A DNA stretch of 46,836 nucleotides from Alphaproteobacteria bacterium (GTDB lineage: Bacteria; Pseudomonadota; Alphaproteobacteria; GCA-2731375). The translations under genes and the position numbers were made by a program. Of the stretch, positions 15,142 to 23,771 are shown piece by piece (position 1 is the stretch's first letter; every line of letters starts with the position of its first letter). Below the pieces are notes generated by a model. The model saw only the letters and a list, made by a program, of their open reading frames with translations, searched no databases and was not told where the DNA came from. The DNA is taken from the NCBI GenBank assembly GCA_046582595.1, contig JAYGEB010000127.1, positions 1 through 46,836 of the forward strand, in the 5' to 3' direction.

Positions 15142-17802
15142 ATGGATGTTGTGGTCGTCGAATCCCCGGCCAAGGCCAAAACCATCAATAAATACCTCGG
15201 TAGCAATTATATCGTGCTGGCCAGCTATGGCCACGTGCGCGACCTGCCGTCCAAGGATGGCTCGGTCTTGCCCGATGAAGACTTCGCCATGACCTATGTA
15301 ACCGACGATCAATCCGCCAAGCGCGTGAAGGCGATCGCCGATGCCATGCGCGGCAGCGATAGGTTGTTCCTGGCGACCGACCCGGACCGAGAAGGCGAGG
15401 CCATATCCTGGCATGTCATTAAGGCGCTGGAAGACGATCATGGTTTCAAGGACATCTCGGCCAAGCGCGTGGTGTTCAACGAAATCACCAAGCGCGCGGT
15501 GCTTGAGGGGATCAACAATCCCCGCGACCTGGACATGGACCTGATCAATGCCCAGCAGGCCCGCCGGGCGCTGGATTACCTGGTTGGCTTTACCCTGTCC
15601 CCGGTCTTGTGGCGCAAGCTGCCGGGCGCGAAATCCGCCGGCCGCGTGCAATCGGTTGCCCTGCGTCTGATCTGCCAACGGGAGATCGAGATCGAGGCTT
15701 TCGATCCGCGGGAATACTGGACCGTCGAGGTCGACTTCAAGACCGCCGCCAATGCGGCCCTGATCGGCCGTCTGACCCATCTGAATGGCGTCAAGCTGGA
15801 CCGTTACTCGATTGCCGACAGCGAAGCGGCGGAGGCCGCGCGGCGTACCTTGGAGGGCGGTGAATTCACCGTCGCGGGGGTCGAGACCAAGCCGACCCGG
15901 CGCAATCCTTCGCCGCCCTTCACCACCTCGACCCTGCAACAGGAGGCCTCCCGTAAACTCGGCTTTGGCGCCCGGCGCACCATGCAGGTCGCCCAACGCC
16001 TGTACGAAGGTTTTGACATCGGTGGCGAAACGGTGGGTCTGATCACCTATATGCGGACCGATGGGGTGCAAATGGCGGCCGAGGCGATCACCGCCTGCCG
16101 CGCCGTCATTGGCCGGGAATTCGGCTCCCCCTACGTGCCTGGAGAGGCGCGCGCCTACCGCAGCAAGGCGAAGAATGCCCAGGAAGCCCATGAAGCGATC
16201 CGGCCGACGGATTTTTCCCGCCTGCCCGGCGATATGTCGGGTTATCTGGATAATGAGCAAAGGCGGCTCTATGAGCTGATCTGGAAGCGGGCCATGGCCT
16301 CCCAGATGGCTTCGGCCCGTCTGTCGCGGACCACCATTGAAATAGTGGCCAGGGATGGTTCCGCCAATCTGCGGACGACGGGGACGGTGGTGGATTTCCC
16401 CGGCTTTCTGAAGCTGTACGAAGAAGGCCGCGACGAAAAGCCCGATAGCGATGAAGACCGCCGCCTGCCCAAGGTGACCGAGGGCGAGGGCCTGCGCAAC
16501 GAAAAGGTCCGGCCCGAACAACATTTCACCGAACCGCCGCCGCGGTATTCCGAAGCCACCCTGGTCAAGAAACTTGAAGAACTGGGCATTGGCCGGCCCT
16601 CGACCTACGCCTCCATCCTGACCGTTTTGCAGGACCGCGATTATGTCGTGCTGGATCGCAAGCGTTTCGTGCCGGAAGACAAGGGCCGTCTGGTCACGGC
16701 GTTTTTGGAAAGCTATTTCCACCGCTATGTGGAATACGATTTCACCGCCGATCTGGAGGGGCGTCTGGATGCCGTTTCCGCCGGCGACGTGGATTGGAAA
16801 GTGGTGCTGCGGGATTTCTGGAAGGATTTCTCCTCCGCCGTGGACGGCACGGCTGAATTGCGGGTGCGCGAGGTGTTGGACAAGGTCAATGATCTTCTGG
16901 CGCCCCATCTCTATCCCGACGGCGGCAAGGACCGTGCCTGCCCGGCCTGTAAAAAAGGCGCGCTCAATCTGCGCGGCGGGCGCAATGGATTTTTCCTGGG
17001 CTGCGATGCCTATCCGGAATGTCAATACACCCGCGCCATGCGCAAAGTGGCGGCGGGCGATGCGGACGAACAATTCGCCACCGGACCCATTGCCCTGGGC
17101 GACGATATCGAGAGCGGCATGCCCCTGACCCTGCGCAAGGGGCCCTATGGTCTTTATATCCAATTGGGCGAGGCGGCCGAGGGCGACAAGAAGAGCAAAA
17201 AGCCAAAGCGGGCCGGACTGCCCGCCGATGTCAGTGTCGGGGAACTGGACCTGGAAATGGCGCAAAAGCTGATCAATCTGCCGCGCCTGGTCGGCGAACA
17301 TCCGGAATCCGGCAAGGCGATATTTGCCGGCATCGGCCGTTTCGGCCCCTACGTGCAAAGCGAGGCGCGCTACCATAAGCTGGAGGGCACGGCGGATGCC
17401 CTGACCATCGGCTTGAACCATGCGGTGACGGTGATCGCCGAAGGCATGGCCAAGGGCGGCGGCCGGCGCGGGGCCAATACGATTCGGACCTTGGGCGATC
17501 ATCCCGACGGCGGTGAAGTCAAAATCCTCGACGGCCGTTTCGGACCCTATATCAAATACAAAAAACTGAACGCCACCCTGCCCAAGACCGCCGACCCCAT
17601 GGCGATGTCCATGGACGAGGCCCTGGCGTTGTTGCGGGCCAGGGCTGAAAAGTCTAGTCAGAAAACCACCAAGGCCAAGGCGAAACCGAAAACCAAGACA
17701 AAAGTCAAAGCAAAAGCCAAAGCCAAGCCCGGGGCAAAAGCCAAGAAGGCGGCGCCGTCGCCCTCGGAAGCCGGTGAAGCGGTGGCTGGATCCTCCGATT
17801 GA
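15142..17802 (+). CDS. topA: DNA topoisomerase I
   Basis: MDVVVVESPAKAKTINKYLG (Toprim), active-site region GLITYMRTDG, one Cys4 zinc ribbon (CPACKKG..CDAYPEC), and a Lys/Ala-rich C-terminal tail. Confidence 0.93.
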   Translation: MDVVVVESPAKAKTINKYLGSNYIVLASYGHVRDLPSKDGSVLPDEDFAMTYVTDDQSAKRVKAIADAMRGSDRLFLATDPDREGEAISWHVIKALEDDHGFKDISAKRVVFNEITKRAVLEGINNPRDLDMDLINAQQARRALDYLVGFTLSPVLWRKLPGAKSAGRVQSVALRLICQREIEIEAFDPREYWTVEVDFKTAANAALIGRLTHLNGVKLDRYSIADSEAAEAARRTLEGGEFTVAGVETKPTRRNPSPPFTTSTLQQEASRKLGFGARRTMQVAQRLYEGFDIGGETVGLITYMRTDGVQMAAEAITACRAVIGREFGSPYVPGEARAYRSKAKNAQEAHEAIRPTDFSRLPGDMSGYLDNEQRRLYELIWKRAMASQMASARLSRTTIEIVARDGSANLRTTGTVVDFPGFLKLYEEGRDEKPDSDEDRRLPKVTEGEGLRNEKVRPEQHFTEPPPRYSEATLVKKLEELGIGRPSTYASILTVLQDRDYVVLDRKRFVPEDKGRLVTAFLESYFHRYVEYDFTADLEGRLDAVSAGDVDWKVVLRDFWKDFSSAVDGTAELRVREVLDKVNDLLAPHLYPDGGKDRACPACKKGALNLRGGRNGFFLGCDAYPECQYTRAMRKVAAGDADEQFATGPIALGDDIESGMPLTLRKGPYGLYIQLGEAAEGDKKSKKPKRAGLPADVSVGELDLEMAQKLINLPRLVGEHPESGKAIFAGIGRFGPYVQSEARYHKLEGTADALTIGLNHAVTVIAEGMAKGGGRRGANTIRTLGDHPDGGEVKILDGRFGPYIKYKKLNATLPKTADPMAMSMDEALALLRARAEKSSQKTTKAKAKPKTKTKVKAKAKAKPGAKAKKAAPSPSEAGEAVAGSSD

Positions 17803-20084
17803 GCACCCCGCGCAACCGACCCGACAAGGCGGCGATCAAGCGGTTTATTGACGAGCAGACCGGGCCGATTGGCCGGCGCGAAATCGCCCGCGCCTTTGGC
17901 ATCAAGGGCGCCGACCGCGCGGAGCTGCGGGGCATTCTCAAGGAATTGGCCGAAGAAGGCCTGATCGGGCGGGGCGATGGGCGGGGCAGTGGGCGGGGCG
18001 GCAAGCGCTATACGGAAAGCGGCGCCATGCCGCCGGTGGCCGTGCTGCGGATTTTCGCCGTCGATGATGATGCCGTGCTTTATGCCGAGCCCATGCGCCG
18101 GGACGGTGAAGCCGCGGCGCCCATGCCGCGCATCACCGTGCTGCCCAGCCAGCGTGGTGGCGGGGAACTGGGGGTCGGCGACCGGGTCCTCGCCCGCTTG
18201 CAAAAAAAAGCCAAGGGCTATGAGGCCTCGATCATCCGCATTCTGCCCAAGGGGCCGGACCGGGTGATCGGGGTCTATGCGGAGGTGCCCGGCCAAGGCG
18301 CGCGCATCCGTCCCACGGACCGGCGGCAAAAATCCGATTTTGCGGTAGAGAGCAGCCAGGGCGGCGGGGCCAAACGAGGCGATCTGGTGGTGGCGGAGGT
18401 GCTTTTGGGCCGCCGTCACGGTTTGCGGGAAGCCAGAGTGGTGGAGGTTCTGGGTGATATGGACGACCGCCGGGCCATTTCCCTCATCGCCATCCACGGC
18501 AACGACATTCCCGATGTCTTTCCGCCCGAGGCCCTGGCCGAGGCCGAGGCCGCCAAGCCCGTGACCTTGGCCGGACGGGAGGATCTGCGCCATCTGCCCT
18601 TGATCACCGTGGATGGTGCCGACGCGCGTGATTTCGATGACGCCATCTGGGCCGCGCCCGACGACGATCCGAAAAACCCTGGCGGCTGGCAGGTCGTCGT
18701 CGCCATCGCCGATGTGGCCCATTACGTGACATTCAACGGCGCGCTCGACCGTGAAGCCCGCAAGCGGGGCAATTCGGTCTATTTCCCGGACCGGGTCGTG
18801 CCCATGCTGCCCGAGGCGCTGTCCAATAACCTGTGTTCCCTGCGGCCCGGCGAAGACCGTCCCGTGCTGGCGGTAACCATGCGCCTGGATGCCGGGGGCC
18901 AGCGCCTGGAACACAAATTCCACCGCGCCATGATCCGCTCCGCCGCCAGGGTGATTTATGAAGATCTGCAGGCCGCGCGCGACGGCCAACCGAACGAACG
19001 GACGGCGCCGATCCTGGAGAATGTAATCGAGCCGCTGTACGGCGCCTGGAACGCCCTGATGCGGGCGCGGGCGGGACGGCAGCCGCTGGATCTCGATCTG
19101 CCGGAAATGAAGATCATCCTGGGCGAGGACGGCCAGATTGCCAGCGTGCATCCGCGCCCGCGCCTGGACGCCCATCGCGTGATCGAGGAGTTCATGATCG
19201 AGGCCAACGTGGCGGCGGCGGAAACCCTGGAAGGGCAAAAAATGCCCTGCGTCTACCGGGTACACGATGTACCCGACCGGGAAAAATTGCTGGGTCTGCG
19301 GGAGTTCCTCTCCACCTTGAACCTGAGCTTTACCTTGGGCGAGCGTCCGCGGCCGGAATTGTTCAACCGCATTCTCGCCAAGGCCAAGGACACGGAGCAT
19401 TGGGAAGCGGTCAACCAGTCCATCCTGCGGTCCCAATCCCAGGCCCGCTATGACCCGGAGAATATCGGTCACTTCGGCCTGGCGCGGTCCCGCTATGCCC
19501 ATTTCACCTCGCCGATCCGGCGTTATTCCGATCTGTTGGTGCATCGCGCCTTGATCCGGGGCGGCGGTTTCGGCACCGATGGTTTGCGCGATGACGAGGC
19601 GGAGCGCCTGGCCGAGACGTCGGAACATATCTCCAGCACCGAACGGCGCGCCATGGTCGCCGAGCGGGAGGCCAACGACCGATACATGGCCGCCTTCATG
19701 GCGGCGCGGGCGGGCGCTGAATTCGCGGCCCGAATCAATGGCGTGACCCGGGCCGGACTGTTCCTGACCCTGCTCGAGACGGGCGCGGACGGCCTGTTGC
19801 CCATGCGCTATCTGCATGACGATTATTATCGGCTCGACGAGGCGCAAAAGGCCCTGATCGGCGAACGATCCGGGGTACGCTACCGTCTGGGCGACAGCCT
19901 TACGGCGCGTTTGGTGGAGGTAAATACCCTGACCGGCGGCCTGATATTTGAATTGCCCAACGAAAATGCCGAAACGACGGAAGGCGCCCGTGGCCGGCCC
20001 CGGATCGGCAAGCCCCGCAAGAATCCTCTCGAACGCGGGCAGCCCCGCAAACCCGGCAAACGCAAGGGGCGGCGGCGCTCTTAG
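17799..20084 (+). CDS. rnr: ribonuclease R
   Basis: TTG start overlapping the topA stop (TTGA). RNB catalytic region ITVDGADARDFDDAIWA, YFPDRVVPMLPE, HFGL..YAHFTSPIRRYSDLLVHR. C-terminal S1-like domain and basic tail. Confidence 0.9.
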   Translation: MSTPRNRPDKAAIKRFIDEQTGPIGRREIARAFGIKGADRAELRGILKELAEEGLIGRGDGRGSGRGGKRYTESGAMPPVAVLRIFAVDDDAVLYAEPMRRDGEAAAPMPRITVLPSQRGGGELGVGDRVLARLQKKAKGYEASIIRILPKGPDRVIGVYAEVPGQGARIRPTDRRQKSDFAVESSQGGGAKRGDLVVAEVLLGRRHGLREARVVEVLGDMDDRRAISLIAIHGNDIPDVFPPEALAEAEAAKPVTLAGREDLRHLPLITVDGADARDFDDAIWAAPDDDPKNPGGWQVVVAIADVAHYVTFNGALDREARKRGNSVYFPDRVVPMLPEALSNNLCSLRPGEDRPVLAVTMRLDAGGQRLEHKFHRAMIRSAARVIYEDLQAARDGQPNERTAPILENVIEPLYGAWNALMRARAGRQPLDLDLPEMKIILGEDGQIASVHPRPRLDAHRVIEEFMIEANVAAAETLEGQKMPCVYRVHDVPDREKLLGLREFLSTLNLSFTLGERPRPELFNRILAKAKDTEHWEAVNQSILRSQSQARYDPENIGHFGLARSRYAHFTSPIRRYSDLLVHRALIRGGGFGTDGLRDDEAERLAETSEHISSTERRAMVAEREANDRYMAAFMAARAGAEFAARINGVTRAGLFLTLLETGADGLLPMRYLHDDYYRLDEAQKALIGERSGVRYRLGDSLTARLVEVNTLTGGLIFELPNENAETTEGARGRPRIGKPRKNPLERGQPRKPGKRKGRRRS

Positions 20085-20175
20085 ACCAGTTTCGAGATTG
20101 ACATGGTCGATCAAGGCCGGAGCGGCGGCCCGGCGCTTATGCGCTCTTGCGCACAAGCGTGAGCGGAGAGAGCCA
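20082..20175. repeat. intergenic repeat, family B, uninterrupted copy (inverted relative to the copy at 46542)
   Basis: The reverse complement aligns with 46542-46577 plus 46703-46757 (e.g. CGCTCACGCTTGTGCGCAAGAGCGCA; AGCGCCGGGCCGCCG..CCTTGATCGACCAT.TCAATC.CGAAA). The terminal TA overlaps the rnr TAG stop. Confidence 0.7.
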
Positions 20176-20206
20176 GGCCCGGCGGTCAACATTGATTGAA
20201 AACGGT

Positions 20207-21061
20207 CTACGTTATACCGAGAATGGCCAGGCCAAGGGCCAGATCGTCGCTGAATTTTTCGCCCCTGCGGATCAGGGGCACGGTGTGGGGCAGGTCGGCG
20301 AAGGCGGCGTGCTCTGGGTCCAGGCTGGTCAACAACATAAAGGGCAGGTCGCGGCTGATGGGCATGGCTTGCAGGGCGCAGGCCAGGTCGATGCCCGATA
20401 GCGTTTCCATCACGGCGGCGGCAAGGATCAGATCCGGGCTGGTGCGGACAGCCGTTTCGATGGCGTTGAAGGGTTCGGTCTCGGTGACCACGCGGAAGCC
20501 GCAGCCCTGCAATTCAAGTTCGACGATTCGCGTCGATGTACAGCGTGGCATGACCAGCAGGACTTCCACGTCCTGTTTGACGATGTCGTCCACATCAAAA
20601 CAGGACTTGGCGGGCAGCGTGCGGACGACCTCGGACTCGGAGATGCCGTCGAACCTGCCTTCCATGACTTCCCGCATGCGATCGACAAAGAACTGGGCGT
20701 CGTTCAACAATCGATCATCCAGGTCACTTTTACCGGCGAAATAATCTTCCATGCGGTGGGATATCAGCGTTATCAGCGGATATCCGAAGGAGCTGCCCAT
20801 GCCTTTGAGATTGTGGCAGCCGTGGCGGATGGCTTCGATGATCCATTCCGGCGTTTCGTCGCCCTTTCGAGCCGCCGCGATCAGTCGATCGAGATCATCC
20901 AGGGAATCGTCGGCGAAGTCCCGGTACTCTTCCCTGATGCGGTCCATGATATTGTCATGATCGATCGCGGCGGGCGCCGCGCGGCCTTTGGACGCGTTTT
21001 CAATGCTGGCATTTCCCATGGCAACCAGGATATGAGGCGAGAGTAAACATTTGGTTGACAC
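20207..21061 (-). CDS. Hpt domain protein with C-terminal degenerate (pseudo-)receiver domain
   Basis: Hpt motif AIRHGCHNLKGMGSSFGY. The C-terminal ~120 aa have a CheY-like pattern but lack the acidic pocket (VLLVMPRC instead of DD; DLILAAAVM with Ala at the phospho-Asp position). Start is uncertain (GTG 21061, ATG 21019 or ATG 20947). Confidence 0.6.
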   Translation of the reverse strand: MSTKCLLSPHILVAMGNASIENASKGRAAPAAIDHDNIMDRIREEYRDFADDSLDDLDRLIAAARKGDETPEWIIEAIRHGCHNLKGMGSSFGYPLITLISHRMEDYFAGKSDLDDRLLNDAQFFVDRMREVMEGRFDGISESEVVRTLPAKSCFDVDDIVKQDVEVLLVMPRCTSTRIVELELQGCGFRVVTETEPFNAIETAVRTSPDLILAAAVMETLSGIDLACALQAMPISRDLPFMLLTSLDPEHAAFADLPHTVPLIRRGEKFSDDLALGLAILGIT

Positions 21062-21069
21062 CTGGGAGA

Positions 21070-22365
21070 CTATTTTGCGGTGTTTTTGGCATCATTTGCC
21101 TCGATAACGAACTCCAGTTCGCCATGGGCCGTGCGCAAGGCCGTTTCGACGGCCTGGGGCGTATCGCAACCGGCAAAGATGAAGCCCATATAGCGGTTGC
21201 CGTCTGGCACCGGCACCAAGGTATCGCCCAGGGGGATGGAGATAACCGCATCTTGAATGCCTTCCACCCGCCGGGCGGCATCCAGGCCCCGGACCTGGCG
21301 CAGCACGCCGGGTCCCGGAATGGGGATCATCATCACGCCCGAAGCCGGTTGCCTTGGATCGGCGGGCGCCACGGGCAGGCCCATGGCACGCCGGATGATC
21401 AAATCTTCCAACCGTCCGCCGTCGCCGAAATCCAGCGCGCGGGAACATAATCCGCCGATGGAACGGGCCGCGACCTCAATCAGCCAGGCGCCGCCATCGT
21501 TAATCCGCAACTCGGCATGAATAGGACCTTCGCGCAGGCCCAAACTCTCGACGGCGCGGCCGACCGTGGCGGTAATGCCGGCCTGAACGGATGCGGGCAG
21601 GCGTGAAGGCGTGACATAGATGGTTTCCTCGAAATACGGCCCTTCCAGGGGATCGGGCTTGTCAAACAGCGCCAGCACCTGCAACCGGCCGCCATGAAGC
21701 AGCCCCTCCAAGGCAACTTCGCGGCCCGGAATATAATCCTCGACCAAAACCTGGCCGGCGGTATCGGCCGCCGCATTATTCCGTTCACCCTCCGTCGCCA
21801 ATATGGTTTTGATGCGCTGGATGGCGGCCATGAATTGCTCCGGGTTATCGGCCCGGATTACCCCGCGGCTGGCCGACAGGGCCAGGGGCTTCAGGACCAC
21901 GGGGTATGACATGGTGGGGGCCAGCGCGGCCGGGCCGCCGCCAGGGGTGTCGCCGTCTTCCAGGGGCAGGAGCGTGAACCAAGGCGCGGGCAGGCCGGAA
22001 TTGGCCAGGCGGCTACGGAACCGGTGCTTGTTCCCGGCCGCTTCCACCGCCGAAGGCGTATTGTGGCTCAGGCCCAAGGCTTCCGCCGCCCTGGCGGCCA
22101 AGAGGGTGGTTTCCTGATCGACGCCGATGATGGCGGCCAAGGGATATTCGGCATGGTAATCCAGGATTTGCCCGACGCCATGATCGAGGGCCTTGAAATC
22201 TAGCGTGATGGTGGCGCCATCGGAGAATGCTTCCAACACGGCCCGTTGATCGCTGCCCACCGCGACGTCCACCTCAAGGCGGCCGGCGGCGTCGAGAAAA
22301 TCACCAATCCGGTAGGACGTGGTGGGTACCAGAAGTAACAGGCGGCCCTGACGGGCCGCCTTCAA
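21070..22365 (-). CDS. ATP-grasp domain protein (carboxylate-amine ligase-like)
   Basis: 431 aa with pre-ATP-grasp RLLLLVPTTSYRIGDFL, NKHRFRSRL, YPVVLKPLALSASRGV, VLVEDYIPGREVALEG, GPIHAELRI..WLIEVAARSIGG. TTG start overlaps the upstream nfu-like stop (TTGA). Confidence 0.8.
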   Translation of the reverse strand: MKAARQGRLLLLVPTTSYRIGDFLDAAGRLEVDVAVGSDQRAVLEAFSDGATITLDFKALDHGVGQILDYHAEYPLAAIIGVDQETTLLAARAAEALGLSHNTPSAVEAAGNKHRFRSRLANSGLPAPWFTLLPLEDGDTPGGGPAALAPTMSYPVVLKPLALSASRGVIRADNPEQFMAAIQRIKTILATEGERNNAAADTAGQVLVEDYIPGREVALEGLLHGGRLQVLALFDKPDPLEGPYFEETIYVTPSRLPASVQAGITATVGRAVESLGLREGPIHAELRINDGGAWLIEVAARSIGGLCSRALDFGDGGRLEDLIIRRAMGLPVAPADPRQPASGVMMIPIPGPGVLRQVRGLDAARRVEGIQDAVISIPLGDTLVPVPDGNRYMGFIFAGCDTPQAVETALRTAHGELEFVIEANDAKNTAK

Positions 22366-23210
22366 CCGCCCTTGCCCGGCTGATAATAGGGGTTGGTGCC
22401 GCCGGCATGGTCGGTGACGTCAAGGACATTGACGATTGCCGGCACCGTCGCCCTGATCTCATTGGCGACGCCCTGTTTCAGGGTTACATCGGCCATGCCG
22501 CAGCCCTGACAGCCGCCCTCCAGGCGCAGATAGACCGTATCGCCGACAACGTCGACCAGGGCAATGTGACCGCCGTGGCTGGCCACCTGTGGATTGACGT
22601 TTTCGTCCAGCAGCTTGCGGATGGCCCGGCCTTCGTCGGTGTCCAGGCCCGGCTTCGACGCGACGTCCTCGAAATCCACGATGCCTTCGATTTCGTGCAG
22701 GTAATGGCGCATCATCTGTTCGATATTCAGCCGCAAATTACGCGCCGAGCCCTTTAATTCCAAAATCACCATGCCATTCTTGAAACCGCGGTAAACGACC
22801 TCGCCGTCGCTGTCGCCCATGGCCGGGGCGACATGGGTGTCCAATAGATCCTTGATGTTGGCGACGACTTCCGCATCGATGTCATCATCGCTCAAATCGG
22901 CCTCCGACAGCTCTGTCCCGCCGTCATCCAGAATGACCACCTCGCCGGCGGTGAAATGGTTCATGATGGCCGCCAGGGCCAAGGTTTTCAGGGCCTGCCA
23001 GTCCCAATCGTCGGTCTTGGTCACGGTGATCGATTCCCGGTCCAGGGACACCCCCGCCACGCCGTCGATGGCAAACAGGCGCCGCGCCAGGGGCGAACGT
23101 TCGGACGTCGTGACATTGGGAAAATGCGCCGCGCCCGCGGGCATGACCGTCTGGCCCGGCAAGAATTTCATCTGCGCCGGATTGGGTGTGGCTTCGGTCT
23201 GAATGAACAT
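22362..23210 (-). CDS. NifU/Nfu-type Fe-S cluster scaffold/carrier, three-domain variant
   Basis: Nfu_N domain MFIQTEATPNPAQMKFLPG... A middle NifU-like domain lacks the CxxC (..ELKGSARNLRLNIEQMMRHYL). An extra C-terminal NfuA-type domain has GGCQGCGMADVTLKQGV. Confidence 0.8.
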   Translation of the reverse strand: MFIQTEATPNPAQMKFLPGQTVMPAGAAHFPNVTTSERSPLARRLFAIDGVAGVSLDRESITVTKTDDWDWQALKTLALAAIMNHFTAGEVVILDDGGTELSEADLSDDDIDAEVVANIKDLLDTHVAPAMGDSDGEVVYRGFKNGMVILELKGSARNLRLNIEQMMRHYLHEIEGIVDFEDVASKPGLDTDEGRAIRKLLDENVNPQVASHGGHIALVDVVGDTVYLRLEGGCQGCGMADVTLKQGVANEIRATVPAIVNVLDVTDHAGGTNPYYQPGKGG

Positions 23211-23217
23211 TATCCTA

Positions 23218-23276
23218 ATCCCCTATTTGAACCCTATACTGTCCCCGATGTGAATATAGATGTGAATATAGGGGAT
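23218..23276. promoter_or_regulatory. structured divergent promoter/operator between the nfu-like and rhodanese genes
   Basis: 9-bp inverted repeat ATCCCCTAT (23218-23226) / ATAGGGGAT (23268-23276). It encloses a perfect tandem duplication GATGTGAATATA x2 (23247-23270). Confidence 0.4.
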
Positions 23277-23355
23277 CATAACAATTAATCCCAGTTCTGA
23301 ATCACGGAATTGTCGCAATTCGTTAGGCATAATAAATCCATACCTTGGGGGATAC

Positions 23356-23685
23356 ATGATGGATTGGGGACCGGAGATAGACGTGCGGATGCTGGGGGAG
23401 GCGCGGGATGGTAGCCTGGCGCACGCCTTGCTGGATGTCAGAGAGCCTCGGGAAGTGGAGATTTGCGCCATTGCCGGCAGCCTCTTCATCCCCATGCAAC
23501 AAATTCCCGTCAGATTGGCGGAACTGCCCCGCGAGCATCCCTTGATCATCATGTGCCATCACGGCAGCCGCAGCGACACGGTGGCGCAGTTTCTGCGCGG
23601 CAACGGTTTTTCCAATATCCATAATCTCGCGGGCGGCATCGATGCCTGGGCCGCGCTCATGGAGCCGGGAATGCCCCGCTATTAG
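23356..23685 (+). CDS. rhodanese-domain sulfurtransferase (single domain)
   Basis: 109 aa. LLDVREPREVE.., active-site loop CHHGSRS, and C-terminal NLAGGIDAW. Confidence 0.85.
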   Translation: MMDWGPEIDVRMLGEARDGSLAHALLDVREPREVEICAIAGSLFIPMQQIPVRLAELPREHPLIIMCHHGSRSDTVAQFLRGNGFSNIHNLAGGIDAWAALMEPGMPRY

Positions 23686-23771
23686 GCCATTGGTTCGGCG
23701 GTGGACTGGACAGCGGGGCGGCAAGCGTGCGAATTTGCCGCTGTCGTAGAGCTTCCCCGTAACCCCGCCCA

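Noticed and set aside
23718-23741. Hairpin GCGGCAA-10 nt-TTGCCGC after the rhodanese gene, considered as an intrinsic terminator.
   Set aside because: Short stem, large loop and no U-tract; not convincing enough to annotate.
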